DNA from: an uncultured cyanobacterium
GTDB taxonomy: Bacteria; Cyanobacteriota; Cyanobacteriia; Cyanobacteriales; Cyanobacteriaceae
Assembly (NCBI GenBank): GCA_963710605.1
Contig: CAVQBA010000007.1
Span: 32,001-96,000, forward strand
DNA: 64,000 nt
Reading direction: 5' to 3'
Shown piece by piece: positions 10,362 to 20,352 of the stretch. A model generated the notes under the pieces. It was not told where the DNA came from. It saw only the letters and a list, made by a program, of their open reading frames with translations, and did not search any database. Both the position numbers and the translations under genes were made by a program. How positions within the stretch are numbered: position 1 is the first letter of the stretch; each line of letters opens with the position of its first letter.

Positions 10362-10745
10362 TTAGACTTCAGCGACAACTTCTGCTTCTACGGCTTCAGT
10401 TTGTTCTGATTTTTGAGCTAGCACATCATTACCCAAACTAATTGAATCAATCATAAAACGAGTCAATTCTTGTCTATGCCCTCTTTTTTTACGAGTTTTC
10501 TTTTTAGGCTTCATTTTATAGACAATCACTTTTTTACCACGATAGTGAGCTAAAATACTACCTGTGATCGAAGCATTCTCTACATAAGGTTGTCCGACAT
10601 GAATATCATTCTCATGATGAACTAATAATACTTTGTCGATAACTAATTCGCTATCAACGTCTTGATGGAGTCTATCTATATTATAAAATCTACCTGCTTC
10701 AACTTTGAGTTGTTTACCACAGATTTCAATTATTGCGTAAGTCAT
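10362..10745 (-). CDS. rplU: 50S ribosomal protein L21
   Basis: YAIIEICGKQLKV...KKRGHRQELTR. Confidence 0.99.
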   Translation of the reverse strand: MTYAIIEICGKQLKVEAGRFYNIDRLHQDVDSELVIDKVLLVHHENDIHVGQPYVENASITGSILAHYRGKKVIVYKMKPKKKTRKKRGHRQELTRFMIDSISLGNDVLAQKSEQTEAVEAEVVAEV

Positions 10746-10847
10746 TTTACTTCCTTTTTATATATTGCCGTACAGGTAGCAAAGTTCTTTTGCTTTATCA
10801 ATTTTTTTTACCTGATCCGAACACGATTATTGAACACACAATCTATA

Positions 10848-10876
10848 ATTGTATCTTGAAAAATATATTAGTGCAA
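10848..10876 (-). promoter_or_regulatory. Sigma70-type promoter of rplU-rpmA
   Basis: Minus strand TTGCAC (10876-10871), 17 nt spacer, TACAAT (10853-10848). Confidence 0.65.
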
Positions 10877-11374
10877 GACTTTGAAAAAACAAGTAAAGAC
10901 TGACAAATAAAAAGTAAACGACTTGAAAAAAAATTAAACAAGAGTAGCCACAGATCTTACTTTGAAACTATATTTGCCTTAATACCTAGATCTACTTATT
11001 TGATGTATATTTTAGCTCAAGGTGGAGTTTTATGAGCAATCAAACCCTGCTCTTTCAAAGAAGTGGGCGAAGTTTATAAATATCTGGTAAGCCCCCAGAT
11101 GACGAAAGATGCTATATTGCTGATTACTCCATCTAGTTTATTAGTTTATTAATCATGAGTTTAACTATTTATTTTCTCAGACATGGTGAGGCAACCGCGC
11201 TCTTTGCTTATTCAACCGCTAGGAAAAAACCCTTATAAATAACTTTTTTGAGAAGTAACTTGAGTCTTGGGCTTCTACTGCTTCTAACCGTAATTCTTTA
11301 TTCACAAATGACAATTGTTAATTGTTCGTTGTAAAATATATTATTCCCGCAAATTTGATCCGTAAAACTTGGTA

Positions 11375-13187
11375 ATGTCAGACAAATTTTCCCATCGAAC
11401 TAAAATTGTAGCTACTGTAGGTCCAGGTTGTGCAAACCCTGAAACATTAAAAGCCATGATATTAGCTGGTGCTAATACTTTTCGGCTCAATTTCTCTCAT
11501 GGTACTCATGAAGTACATCAAGCAAGTATTCGGATGATCAGACAGGTAGAAAATGAATTAAATATACCTGTAGGTATTCTGCAAGATTTACAAGGTCCTA
11601 AAATTAGATTGGGAAAATTTGCTTGTGGTTCGATCGATCTCAAAGAAGGAGACAATTATATCCTTACGAGTCGGCAAGTCGAATGTAATCAAGAGATAGG
11701 CTATATCAGTTACAAAAATCTGGCGGCAGAAGTACCTGTAAATGCTCGTATTCTACTTGATGATGGTCGGGTAGAAATGAAAGTAAAACAAATTGATCTG
11801 GAAAATAAAGATTTTCATTGTCAAGTCGTTGTGGGTGAGCTTTTCTAGTAATAAAGGAGTTAATTTTCCTAATATTTCTTTATCAGTCAAAGCCCTAACA
11901 GACAAGGACAAGAAAGATTTGATGTTTGGATTAGATCAAAGAGTTGATTGGGTAGCTTTAAGTTTTGTCTGTAAGCCTCAAGATATACTCGAAATTAAAG
12001 ATCTAATTAGTAGTGCAGGTAAATCTACCCCGGTGATTGCTAAAATCGAAAAACATGAAGCGATCGAACAAATGGAGGAAATACTCTCCTTATGCGATGG
12101 TGTGATGGTAGCTAGAGGTGATTTAGGAGTTGAATTACCCCCCGAAGATGTCCCAATTTTGCAAAAACGTTTGATTCGTACTGCTAATAGATTGGGTATC
12201 CCCGTTATTACAGCAACTCAAATGTTAGATAGTATGGTTAATAGCCCCAGCCCAACTAGAGCGGAGGTATCTGATGTAGCTAATGCCATTATTGATGGTA
12301 CAGATGCAGTGATGCTTTCAAATGAAAGTGCTGTAGGTAAATATCCAGTGTTAGCAGTAGCAACTATGGCCAAAATTGCCGCTCGGATGGAAAAAGAAAA
12401 AATCATTCCTAGCTACGATTATAATGACACCGCTAATCTCGCTGGTAACAACTCAGTTAATGCTCTTCCTAACGAGAATATTCCTACAGCTATTGCCGGT
12501 GCTGTAAGTCGAATCGCTGAACAATTAAATGTGGCGGCAATTATGACTTTAACCAAATCTGGAGCGACTGCTCGTAACGTTTCTAAATTTCGTCCACAAA
12601 CACCTATTTTTGCTGTTACTCCTCATGTACACGTCTCTCGTCAACTTCAGTTAGTTTGGGGTGTCAAACCATTATTATTATTAGATTTACCCGGACTGAG
12701 TAAAGTTTTTAATGCCGCTATTAATACTGCTAGAGAAAAAGGTTTATTACGAGATGGTGATTTAGTAATTATGACAGCAGGTACTTTACAAGGAGTATCT
12801 GGTTCAACTGATCTAGTTAAAGTTGAAGTTGTTAAAGGTTTATTAAGCCCCGGTGTAGGTATTGGGCAAGGTATCATCACAGGTAAAGCAAAAGTTATTA
12901 ATAATTTTTATGAATTAAATCATTTTCAAACAGGTGATATTTTAGTTACTAGCTCAACAGATAACCAACACGTCGAAATGATGATGAGTGCAAGTGCGAT
13001 CGTCACGGAAGAATCAGGTGTTCGTTCTCATGCGGCTCAAATTGGCTTACGTTTGGGGATTCCTGTTATCGTCGGCGTTAAAGATGCTACCACCATGATT
13101 AGAGATGCGAGTTTTGTTACTCTCAATATCGAACAAGGATTAGTTTATTTGGGTACTGATGGTACTAAGGATAAAGTCGATAGTTAA
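11375..13187 (+). CDS. pyk: Pyruvate kinase with C-terminal PEP-utiliser domain, split by a frameshift near 11838-11845
   Basis: RTKIVATVGP, RLNFSHG and DLQGPKIR in the first ORF; NKGVNFP, AKIE, MVARGDLG, ATQML and SHAA in the second. The frames join around GGTGAGCTTTTCTAGT. Confidence 0.9.
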
Positions 13188-13310
13188 TTGATAATTGATA
13201 ATTAGGAGAGTTTTCGATCGATAAAGTAATTATTTAGGTTTTGGGTTGAATGATATTCAACCCCGATAATGTTTTTCTTTTAATCTAAATAACGATCGAT
13301 CGTATCTCAT

Positions 13311-13787
13311 CTAAGCGATATTAGTAGGAGGATTGGCGTTAACTAAATTGCTCAAATTTTGTTTAATTGCTAATTGTAATTTATGACAATAAATCTCTTT
13401 ACTTTGCTGATAATCTTGAGGTTGATCAAGAAAAATTACACTATCAACACCTTTCATCGTAAACATTTGAAATAAAATTTGGGTAACAGGTAAAGCTTCA
13501 GCAACTAATTTATGGTCATCTATTTGACTATCAGAAAATTCGGTAGCGTCTTTGACTGAAGGAAAAGCATAAATTACTTTTTTCTCTATCTCAGGATTTT
13601 CTTCACTACCCAAAATAGTCAACAGTAGATTGTCATCGAGAGTTTGTCTTAAATAATATTGTGAATACTTTAGTTGTTTGGCAAAAACATTAATTACAGG
13701 TATAACTCCGTTTTGCATAATAACAGTAGGAACACCGTAATTAGGAGCTTCTTTAACTAAACTTTGTAGTTGCTGATCTAGATTCAT
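13311..13787 (-). CDS. Conserved cyanobacterial hypothetical protein
   Basis: 158 aa ORF; LDQQLQSLV..AP, EKKVIYAF, PVTQILFQ resemble a conserved cyanobacterial family. Confidence 0.7.
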   Translation of the reverse strand: MNLDQQLQSLVKEAPNYGVPTVIMQNGVIPVINVFAKQLKYSQYYLRQTLDDNLLLTILGSEENPEIEKKVIYAFPSVKDATEFSDSQIDDHKLVAEALPVTQILFQMFTMKGVDSVIFLDQPQDYQQSKEIYCHKLQLAIKQNLSNLVNANPPTNIA

Positions 13788-13998
13788 AGTTTTGATCTTG
13801 CTTTATCTTCTCTATCCTATCAACTCAATTATTGATTATCAATTATTGCTTACCTTTTGTTAAAAACCACAATTGACAATTGAGAGTTGACAGTTGACAA
13901 TTAATTATTTGTTTTTAGGGACTAAATTATTAACTTTTGATTCTCTCTTCTCAGGTTAATTTTATCACTCTTAATTATCAATTTAATTTTGTATTTTT

Positions 13999-14913
13999 AT
14001 GAATAATTCGATCGTTGTATTTGTACCAGCTACCACCGCTAATTTAGGTGCAGGTTTTGATTGTTTGGGTGCGGCATTAACTCTTGAAAATGAATTTCAG
14101 TTTACTTTAAATCAGCAGAAAAAAACTACCTTAACTGTCGATGGTGATGGGGCAGAGCAAATTCAATTAACCGAAGATAATTTACTTTATAAGTCATTTT
14201 TACACTTCTATAAGTTTGTTGGTTTATCTGCACCTGATGTTGATTTTGGTGTGAAGATTAACGTTCCTTTAGCTAGGGGTTTAGGAAGCTCGGCAACGGC
14301 TATTATTGCTGGTTTGTTGGGTGCTAATTATTTTTCACCTCAAAAATTGTCAAAATCACAATTATTAGATTTAGCGATTGAAATTGAAGGGCATCCAGAT
14401 AACGTTGTACCTGCATTATTAGGTAATTGTATTTTAGCGGTAGGAGAAACCAATAATTGGCAATTTGTACCAATAACTTGTCAACCAGAAATTAAATTTA
14501 TCATTGCTATTCCTAACTTTGAGTTATCAACTCAAGCCGCTCGATTGGTTTTACCGCCTCATGTTAGTTATAGTGATGCAGTTTATAATATGGCTCATCT
14601 AAGTCTTTTAATCAAAGGTTTGGAAACAGGTAATAGTGAGTGGTTAACCGAAGCATTAAAAGATAAATTACATCAACCTTATCGTAAAAGTTTAATTACA
14701 GGATACGATCGATTATCCGAAAATGTGATCAATGCAGGGGGTTACGGCATGGTGATTAGTGGTGCAGGACCAACGTTATTAGCTTTATGCGATGAGATTC
14801 ATCAAAAAGAAGTAATTGAAACGATGACAGAAACTTGGCAAGAATTCGGAGTAGAAGCGGTGGTTAAATGCTTAGATTTACAAACGCAAGGAGCGAGGAT
14901 AATTGATATATAA
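13999..14913 (+). CDS. thrB: Homoserine kinase
   Basis: VPATTANLGAGFD, PLARGLGSSA, EGHPDNV, HQPYR, SGAGPT. Confidence 0.97.
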   Translation: MNNSIVVFVPATTANLGAGFDCLGAALTLENEFQFTLNQQKKTTLTVDGDGAEQIQLTEDNLLYKSFLHFYKFVGLSAPDVDFGVKINVPLARGLGSSATAIIAGLLGANYFSPQKLSKSQLLDLAIEIEGHPDNVVPALLGNCILAVGETNNWQFVPITCQPEIKFIIAIPNFELSTQAARLVLPPHVSYSDAVYNMAHLSLLIKGLETGNSEWLTEALKDKLHQPYRKSLITGYDRLSENVINAGGYGMVISGAGPTLLALCDEIHQKEVIETMTETWQEFGVEAVVKCLDLQTQGARIIDI

Positions 14914-15203
14914 GTAGGGCGAGGCACACCCCAGCAAGTATACTAGATAACTAATTTTTATGAAATTCTTAATAAAGATCGTAAATGAACTTAATACAAT
15001 GTACCTTGTATAACAATTGAAAACGATCGCTAAGTAGGTAAACAAACTCTCTCCTCCTCAGAAACTCCCTCTGCGTACTCTGCGTACTCTGCGGTTTAAA
15101 AAAATACACGCATCATGTTAAAAACCAGAAACATTTTAGGCGACCAAAACTAAAGGTACATTGCATTGATAGCTAATGTACCCGAACACGCTGTGCGTGC
15201 CAC
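14914..15203. repeat. Repeat-rich intergenic region (degenerate GTAG-REPs and a CTCTGCGTA tandem)
   Basis: GTAGGGCG at 14914, CAATGTACCTT / AAGGTACATTG inverted pair, and CTCTGCGTACTCTGCGTACTCTGCGG at about 15070-15095. Confidence 0.5.
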
Positions 15204-15223
15204 TTCTTGATCGTAATTTAAAC

Positions 15224-17266
15224 TTACGTTTGTTTCATATCCGCAATCGCACCTCTTGCCATATTAGCGATCGCACTATCGGTAGCTTTAGGTAACTGAT
15301 AATAAGTACCACCTGCGGTTTTAGCCAACTCCTTACCAAAACCAGTAGAGACAAACTTCTTCTCAGTATCAATTACTAACAACTTGAACCCCATCGATCG
15401 AATTTTAGCGGCAATTTCTAATAACTCCTTTTTAATATCGGGTTTTTCGCCTTCGGGTATCGTTTCACCTAAAGATTTAGCTAGAGGAATATTACCTCGT
15501 CCATCCGTAATCGCCACAATGACAACTTGTCCTATATCACCAGACATTTGAGCATTTACCCCTACATGAACGGCTTGAGATAAAGCATGGGCTAGAGGAG
15601 AGCCACCACCACAAGGTAAGGTTTCTAAACGGCTACGGGCTAAGGTTATCGATCGAGTTGGCGGTAACAACACATCCGCTTGTTCGCCACGAAAAGGAAT
15701 TAATGAAACTTGGTCTCGGTTTTCATAAGCTTCAGTTAATAAACGCATCACCGCACCTTTAGCTGATTGCATCCGATTAAGTGCCATCGAACCCGAAGCA
15801 TCCACCGCAAAGACGATTAAAGCCCCTGCTTTTCTAGCTAGACGTTTTGACCTCAAATCTCCCTGTTCAACGATTACATTACGGTTAGGATTGCGTTGTC
15901 GGCGTTGTTTTTGGTAGGGTGCGGCGGCTCTTAAAGTGGCATCTACCGCTATTCTTCTGACCTTTCCTTTAGGTATCATCGGTTTGATATAACGCCCTCT
16001 ATCATCGGAGAAAATTAAATTTCTGGCTCCAGATTTACCTAATCTTTGAGCTTGTTGGGCAAAATACAACACAGAAGGATCTAAAATTACTCCTTCGATA
16101 TCAAAGACAAACTCCTCTGGAATTGCAGGTGGCTCTTTATTTTCTTCCTCTTGCTCTTCATCTTCTTCCTCTTTATCATCCTCATCCTCATCTTCTTGAT
16201 CGTCTTCACTTTGATCTTGTGGTGGTGGCGGAGGTGGTGGTGGTTGCATATCCTCTTCATCAGGAGGAGTTTGAATTACTGTCGATCGTGGTACAATCAC
16301 TAATTCAACTGCTTTACGTAAATCATCAGCACTAACTTGCTCTCTTCCTTCAAGGGCGGCGGCGGCTTTGGCTACTCTAACAGCAAATATTTCGGCTCGA
16401 TGCCCTTCTACTTCTCCTCTAACTGCTTCTTCGACTAAGTATTTAACTTGTTCGGTACTGATTTTGACTTCTTTTAACCATTCTCTGGCGAGGATGATTT
16501 CCGTTCTCAGGTTATCAATATCTTCATCATATTCATCGAGAAATTTTTGAGGAGAAGAGCTATATTCAATAACTTGCTCAACTGCTTGCACTCTTTCATC
16601 TAAGGCTAGTACTCCATCAGCAGATAAAGCGATCGCTATTCGATCTAATAAATGTTCTCTTAATGTACCTTCTTCGGGGTTATAAGTCGCAATTAATAAA
16701 GGTTTGCAAGGATGAGAAAAACTAATACCTTCTCGTTCAATTTTATTTTTGCCATCGGTTAAAACTGTTAGTAATTGATTAGCAATTTGGTCATCTAAAA
16801 GGTTAATTTCATCAATATACAATACACCTCGATGGGCTTGGGCTAATAATCCAGGTTGAAAAATAGGTTCACCTTGTTTAACCGATTCTTCTACATCAAC
16901 TGAGCCAAGTAATCTATCTTCGGTAACACCTAAAGGTATTTGTACGAAGGGAGAGGGAATTACAGCTTTGGGGATGTCTTCTAAAGCCTTATTTTCATAT
17001 TGTTCTAAGGTATCATCATCCCAATCTTCTGGGCTTTCAGGATTACAATTAAAAGGATTATTTTCGATCACTTCTATGGGCGGTAAAAGAGCATGAATTC
17101 CTCTCGCCATCACTGATTTTGCTGTTCCTCTTTTCCCGGCGATCGCTACCCCACCAAGAGAAGGATCGACAGAAGCTAGAAGTAATGCTGTTTTGATGGC
17201 TTGTTGACCGATAACTGCTGTTAAGGGAAAGTTGGTATTTATCTTGTTTGAAATAACCTGTGGCAT
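15224..17266 (-). CDS. chlD: Magnesium chelatase subunit D
   Basis: AAA+ (GKRGTAKS), Pro/acidic linker, vWA domain (VDASGSM, TDGRGN). Confidence 0.97.
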   Translation of the reverse strand: MPQVISNKINTNFPLTAVIGQQAIKTALLLASVDPSLGGVAIAGKRGTAKSVMARGIHALLPPIEVIENNPFNCNPESPEDWDDDTLEQYENKALEDIPKAVIPSPFVQIPLGVTEDRLLGSVDVEESVKQGEPIFQPGLLAQAHRGVLYIDEINLLDDQIANQLLTVLTDGKNKIEREGISFSHPCKPLLIATYNPEEGTLREHLLDRIAIALSADGVLALDERVQAVEQVIEYSSSPQKFLDEYDEDIDNLRTEIILAREWLKEVKISTEQVKYLVEEAVRGEVEGHRAEIFAVRVAKAAAALEGREQVSADDLRKAVELVIVPRSTVIQTPPDEEDMQPPPPPPPPQDQSEDDQEDEDEDDKEEEDEEQEEENKEPPAIPEEFVFDIEGVILDPSVLYFAQQAQRLGKSGARNLIFSDDRGRYIKPMIPKGKVRRIAVDATLRAAAPYQKQRRQRNPNRNVIVEQGDLRSKRLARKAGALIVFAVDASGSMALNRMQSAKGAVMRLLTEAYENRDQVSLIPFRGEQADVLLPPTRSITLARSRLETLPCGGGSPLAHALSQAVHVGVNAQMSGDIGQVVIVAITDGRGNIPLAKSLGETIPEGEKPDIKKELLEIAAKIRSMGFKLLVIDTEKKFVSTGFGKELAKTAGGTYYQLPKATDSAIANMARGAIADMKQT

Positions 17267-17527
17267 TAATAACTACACTATATTATAAATATATAGACGA
17301 TTAAAAATAATTTTTAAATACAATCTCCTATTTTACCTTAGTTACCATTACCCGTTAATAGTTAATACTTTTTACTCAATTGTCCATTGCCTTTATTTTT
17401 AATTAAGCAATATTTAGAAGCAAATAAATTATTAGAAGAAAGAATGTTTAGCCAGTGGATGTTATGTCAGTAATGATGTGAGGCAGGGAATTGAAGAGAG
17501 TATGTATTTACTTACGACAAACAAGTA

Positions 17528-17552
17528 GTAGGGGTGTAAGGCTTACACCCAC
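17528..17552. repeat. GTAG-headed REP palindrome
   Basis: GTAG-GGGTGTAAG-G-CTTACACCC-AC. Confidence 0.7.
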
Positions 17553-17722
17553 AATCATAAATTCAGTATCATGATTTACCCTGATTATTTGATTTACAAG
17601 ATTGATTATTTAAAATGATTTTAACTTATGTTTTTTATTAGAATACACAATAGATTAAAGGTAAATCAGGTTATCAATACTGAAACGGACTTAATTGAAG
17701 ATAAGTGATTACCACAGATTAA

Positions 17723-18106
17723 TTATTTATCTATTTTTAATTGAGATAATAAAAACTTTAATCGATCGTGATCAGTAATATATAAATATCCGAGTAAAGT
17801 TTCTAACCCAGTAGCTTGTTGATAAACTTGTCGGGATAAACGTCGAGGAGATTTGTTAACCGCATTTCTACCACGACGCACCCAATTCAACTCCGTTTCT
17901 GTAAGTAAAGGATAAATACTTTGTAAATAAATAGCTTGAGTTTCTGCCCTCACTTTTCCTACTACTTGATGATGATAATCAGCAATCTTTTTAGCAGGTA
18001 ATAAATAACAATCACGAACATATAGTTCGTAAATTGCGTCTCCGATATAAGCTAAAGAATTAGGAGAAACTGTATTTAGGGCAGAAACAGGAATATTATC
18101 AAACAT
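17723..18106 (-). CDS. mrnC: Mini-ribonuclease III
   Basis: LAYIGDAIYELYVR, VRAETQA, RRGRN, YQQATGLETLLGYLY. Confidence 0.93.
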   Translation of the reverse strand: MFDNIPVSALNTVSPNSLAYIGDAIYELYVRDCYLLPAKKIADYHHQVVGKVRAETQAIYLQSIYPLLTETELNWVRRGRNAVNKSPRRLSRQVYQQATGLETLLGYLYITDHDRLKFLLSQLKIDK

Positions 18107-18193
18107 AAATCGTTTGTAAAATTAGCAATAGACAAAGCACAACCTCACCCTGAGGCTCAGATTGAGGTTACTTTGTTGAGTGATATTTTTCAT

Positions 18194-18553
18194 TTAGATA
18201 TCATTTGTAGCTTCTTCTAGAGAATTTTTCAAATTCAGAAACTTATCTAATCTAACCATTTTAACGGTTTGATTAACTCTAGGGTTACTGACAATTTGTA
18301 ATCTTCCTTTACAGTTATCAATATGTTTAGAGATTCTGACTAATGCCCCTAATCCTGAACTATCAATAAAATCGATTTGAGATAAATCAAGAATAACTTC
18401 ACTAGAATTCTCTTTTATGTGTCCAATAACTACTTTTTGAAAAGTAGGTTCAGAAAAAGCATCTAACTGACCTAATAAATGAAAAATTTGGCAATTTTTT
18501 CTGACTTCACGAGTCCCTCTCAGACTAACTGTCAGGTTTAGTTGTTCGGAAAT
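18194..18553 (-). CDS. STAS-domain anti-sigma-factor antagonist, ATT start (119 aa)
   Basis: Not in the ORF track. AAGGAGG-taacc-ATT, then SEQLNLTVSLRGTREV...GQLDAFSEPTF...ILDLSQIDFIDSSGLGALV...VKMVRLDKFL...NDI-stop. Confidence 0.9.
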   Translation of the reverse strand: MSEQLNLTVSLRGTREVRKNCQIFHLLGQLDAFSEPTFQKVVIGHIKENSSEVILDLSQIDFIDSSGLGALVRISKHIDNCKGRLQIVSNPRVNQTVKMVRLDKFLNLKNSLEEATNDI

Positions 18554-18651
18554 GGTTACCTCCTTACGTGGTCTGTCCTTAATTAATTAATAGTATAATA
18601 TAACTCAATTTCATCTTTATTTTAAACTTTTATTACAAAAAATGACTAGTT

Positions 18652-18969
18652 ATGAATTTTTTGAGGCTCAGTCAAGGAAAATTATTCGCTTTTGGGATTT
18701 GTTTTTGTTCGCTGATATTGCCTAATTTAAAGTCTGTTGCCCTACCTCCTCCTGATGATTTACCTGAAGAGGTTTTAGCCACTCAAATCATCCTTGAAGC
18801 TCGTTCTGATATTGATAACAGTGCTTTAACGGTGGAAGAGTATGCCGCAGAAAAAATTGCTCAAAAACAAAGGGCTTTTGCACCTGAGATTGATTCTAGT
18901 ATTAGGCAAAGACTTTATTTAATTCAACTTCTTAAATTATTAAAAACGATTTCACCAGTCAATAATTAA
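18652..18969 (+). CDS. Conserved cyanobacterial secreted hypothetical protein
   Basis: Signal peptide followed by LPPPDDLPEEVL...ARS.ID...LT.EEYA motif. Confidence 0.7.
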   Translation: MNFLRLSQGKLFAFGICFCSLILPNLKSVALPPPDDLPEEVLATQIILEARSDIDNSALTVEEYAAEKIAQKQRAFAPEIDSSIRQRLYLIQLLKLLKTISPVNN

Positions 18970-19291
18970 TTTGAGCTTGTTATTCATCGATATATTAAGT
19001 AATGCAAAATATCGCTAATTTTTATAACAAAAAGGACTAAAAAAAATTTGACGATCGCATAATAGAAAATAGAGGGAAAGTATTTCCAAAACAAAAAGTT
19101 TTTTAGTTCATAGCAATAAATAGTATCCTGCTAAATAAAACACTATCATAAATAAAAGCAAAAATTGCTGATAAATATCATTAAGTAAATAGAGATTATT
19201 TAACGGGAAAATTGAACTTTAATGTTGCTAAGATTCACTGATTAAAACTCTCCCTTTGATATTAGTTAAATAGAAGGAGAAACGATCGCTT

Positions 19292-19426
19292 ATGAATATG
19301 TCTAATCTGCTAGAAAATATAGTTCAGTATCTGACAGAGGCTTTTACCAGAATTTTTAGTCCGATGGAAGAATCTCTGCCAAAAATAGGTGTACAGCCAT
19401 TCGGTTGTGCTTTATATTGGAAATAA
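19292..19426 (+). CDS. atpT: Small protein, probable AtpTheta (Norf1) family ATP synthase inhibitor, 44 aa
   Basis: Not in the ORF track. AAGGAG RBS at 19274; MNMSNLLENIVQYLTEAFTRIFSPMEESLPKIGVQPFGCALYWK, with an amphipathic helix and the IFSP...P..GVQPF motif recalled for the AtpT family. Confidence 0.65.
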   Translation: MNMSNLLENIVQYLTEAFTRIFSPMEESLPKIGVQPFGCALYWK

Positions 19427-19480
19427 TTGATTTTCAATAATATTATTACTAATTTGTGAAGGTGAAGTTAATTTATAGCT

Positions 19481-19897
19481 TCATTTTTTTTGTTCGTTTT
19501 GCTTAACAAAAAAGATTGGACTTACATTAGGATCAACTTTATAAGTATTTTTTTGAGTAATCTTACGACTTAAAAGAGGATCAAAAGTAGTACCAAAATT
19601 CTCTTCTAGTTTTGCTACTCTAGGTTGAATTTTTTCGATCTCAAAGTCGATTTCAGCTAGTTTTTCTTGTTGTACCTGATGATAAGGTAATAATTGTTTA
19701 AAACTAACAATAGCTAATACTGACAAACCGACATTAGCCGATAACTTTAAGCTAGTTTCGATCGCTTTTTTGAGATTAGCACGACGGCTTAAACGTTGCT
19801 CTTGTTTTAATGCACGTTTATTCCATACTGATTGAACATAGTTTTGATGATGAGAACGACGCTCATTTAAAGGAATAGAAGAATTCATAATACACAC
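19481..19897 (-). CDS. Hypothetical membrane/coiled-coil protein (Slr1601-like putative cell division protein)
   Basis: One TM (NVGLSVLAIVS) followed by QLLPYHQVQQEKLAEI...RVAKLEENF...FDP coiled coil. Confidence 0.6.
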   Translation of the reverse strand: MCIMNSSIPLNERRSHHQNYVQSVWNKRALKQEQRLSRRANLKKAIETSLKLSANVGLSVLAIVSFKQLLPYHQVQQEKLAEIDFEIEKIQPRVAKLEENFGTTFDPLLSRKITQKNTYKVDPNVSPIFFVKQNEQKK

Positions 19898-20352
19898 CTC
19901 ACAATTTTTTGGTATTTAGAAAAATAGCCTAGATTTTCTTGCTTCAACGATCGAGTATAAGAAAAGATACATCAAAGACGATAAAAAGAAAAGATTACTT
20001 AATCTCTATGTTAAACACAAAATTAGACAACTGACATAATTTTTCGATTTAGTTAAGATAATAGACCATGATCATCACCAAAAGTCAACATAAAATAACT
20101 TTTTTTAACAAAAAAACTGATCATCTTAAACCTAAAGTTAGACAACAACCAAATTGAGAACAAGAGATAAAGAAGTGCCATTCGTTTGAGATGAATTGAT
20201 TTTTCATCCCTAATCCCTAACATCTAATACTTAATTCTTAACACCTAATTTTTACATTTGTTAAAAAGATGATTAAAACTTTACTTTAATAAAACATACT
20301 TAACCCTATTTATTAGAGTAAGAAGTTAGAATCGACAGTAGATTTATCTTGT

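Noticed and set aside
11032..11079. 15-codon ORF behind a GGAG RBS
   Set aside because: Too short and without a recognisable motif; cannot be supported from sequence alone.
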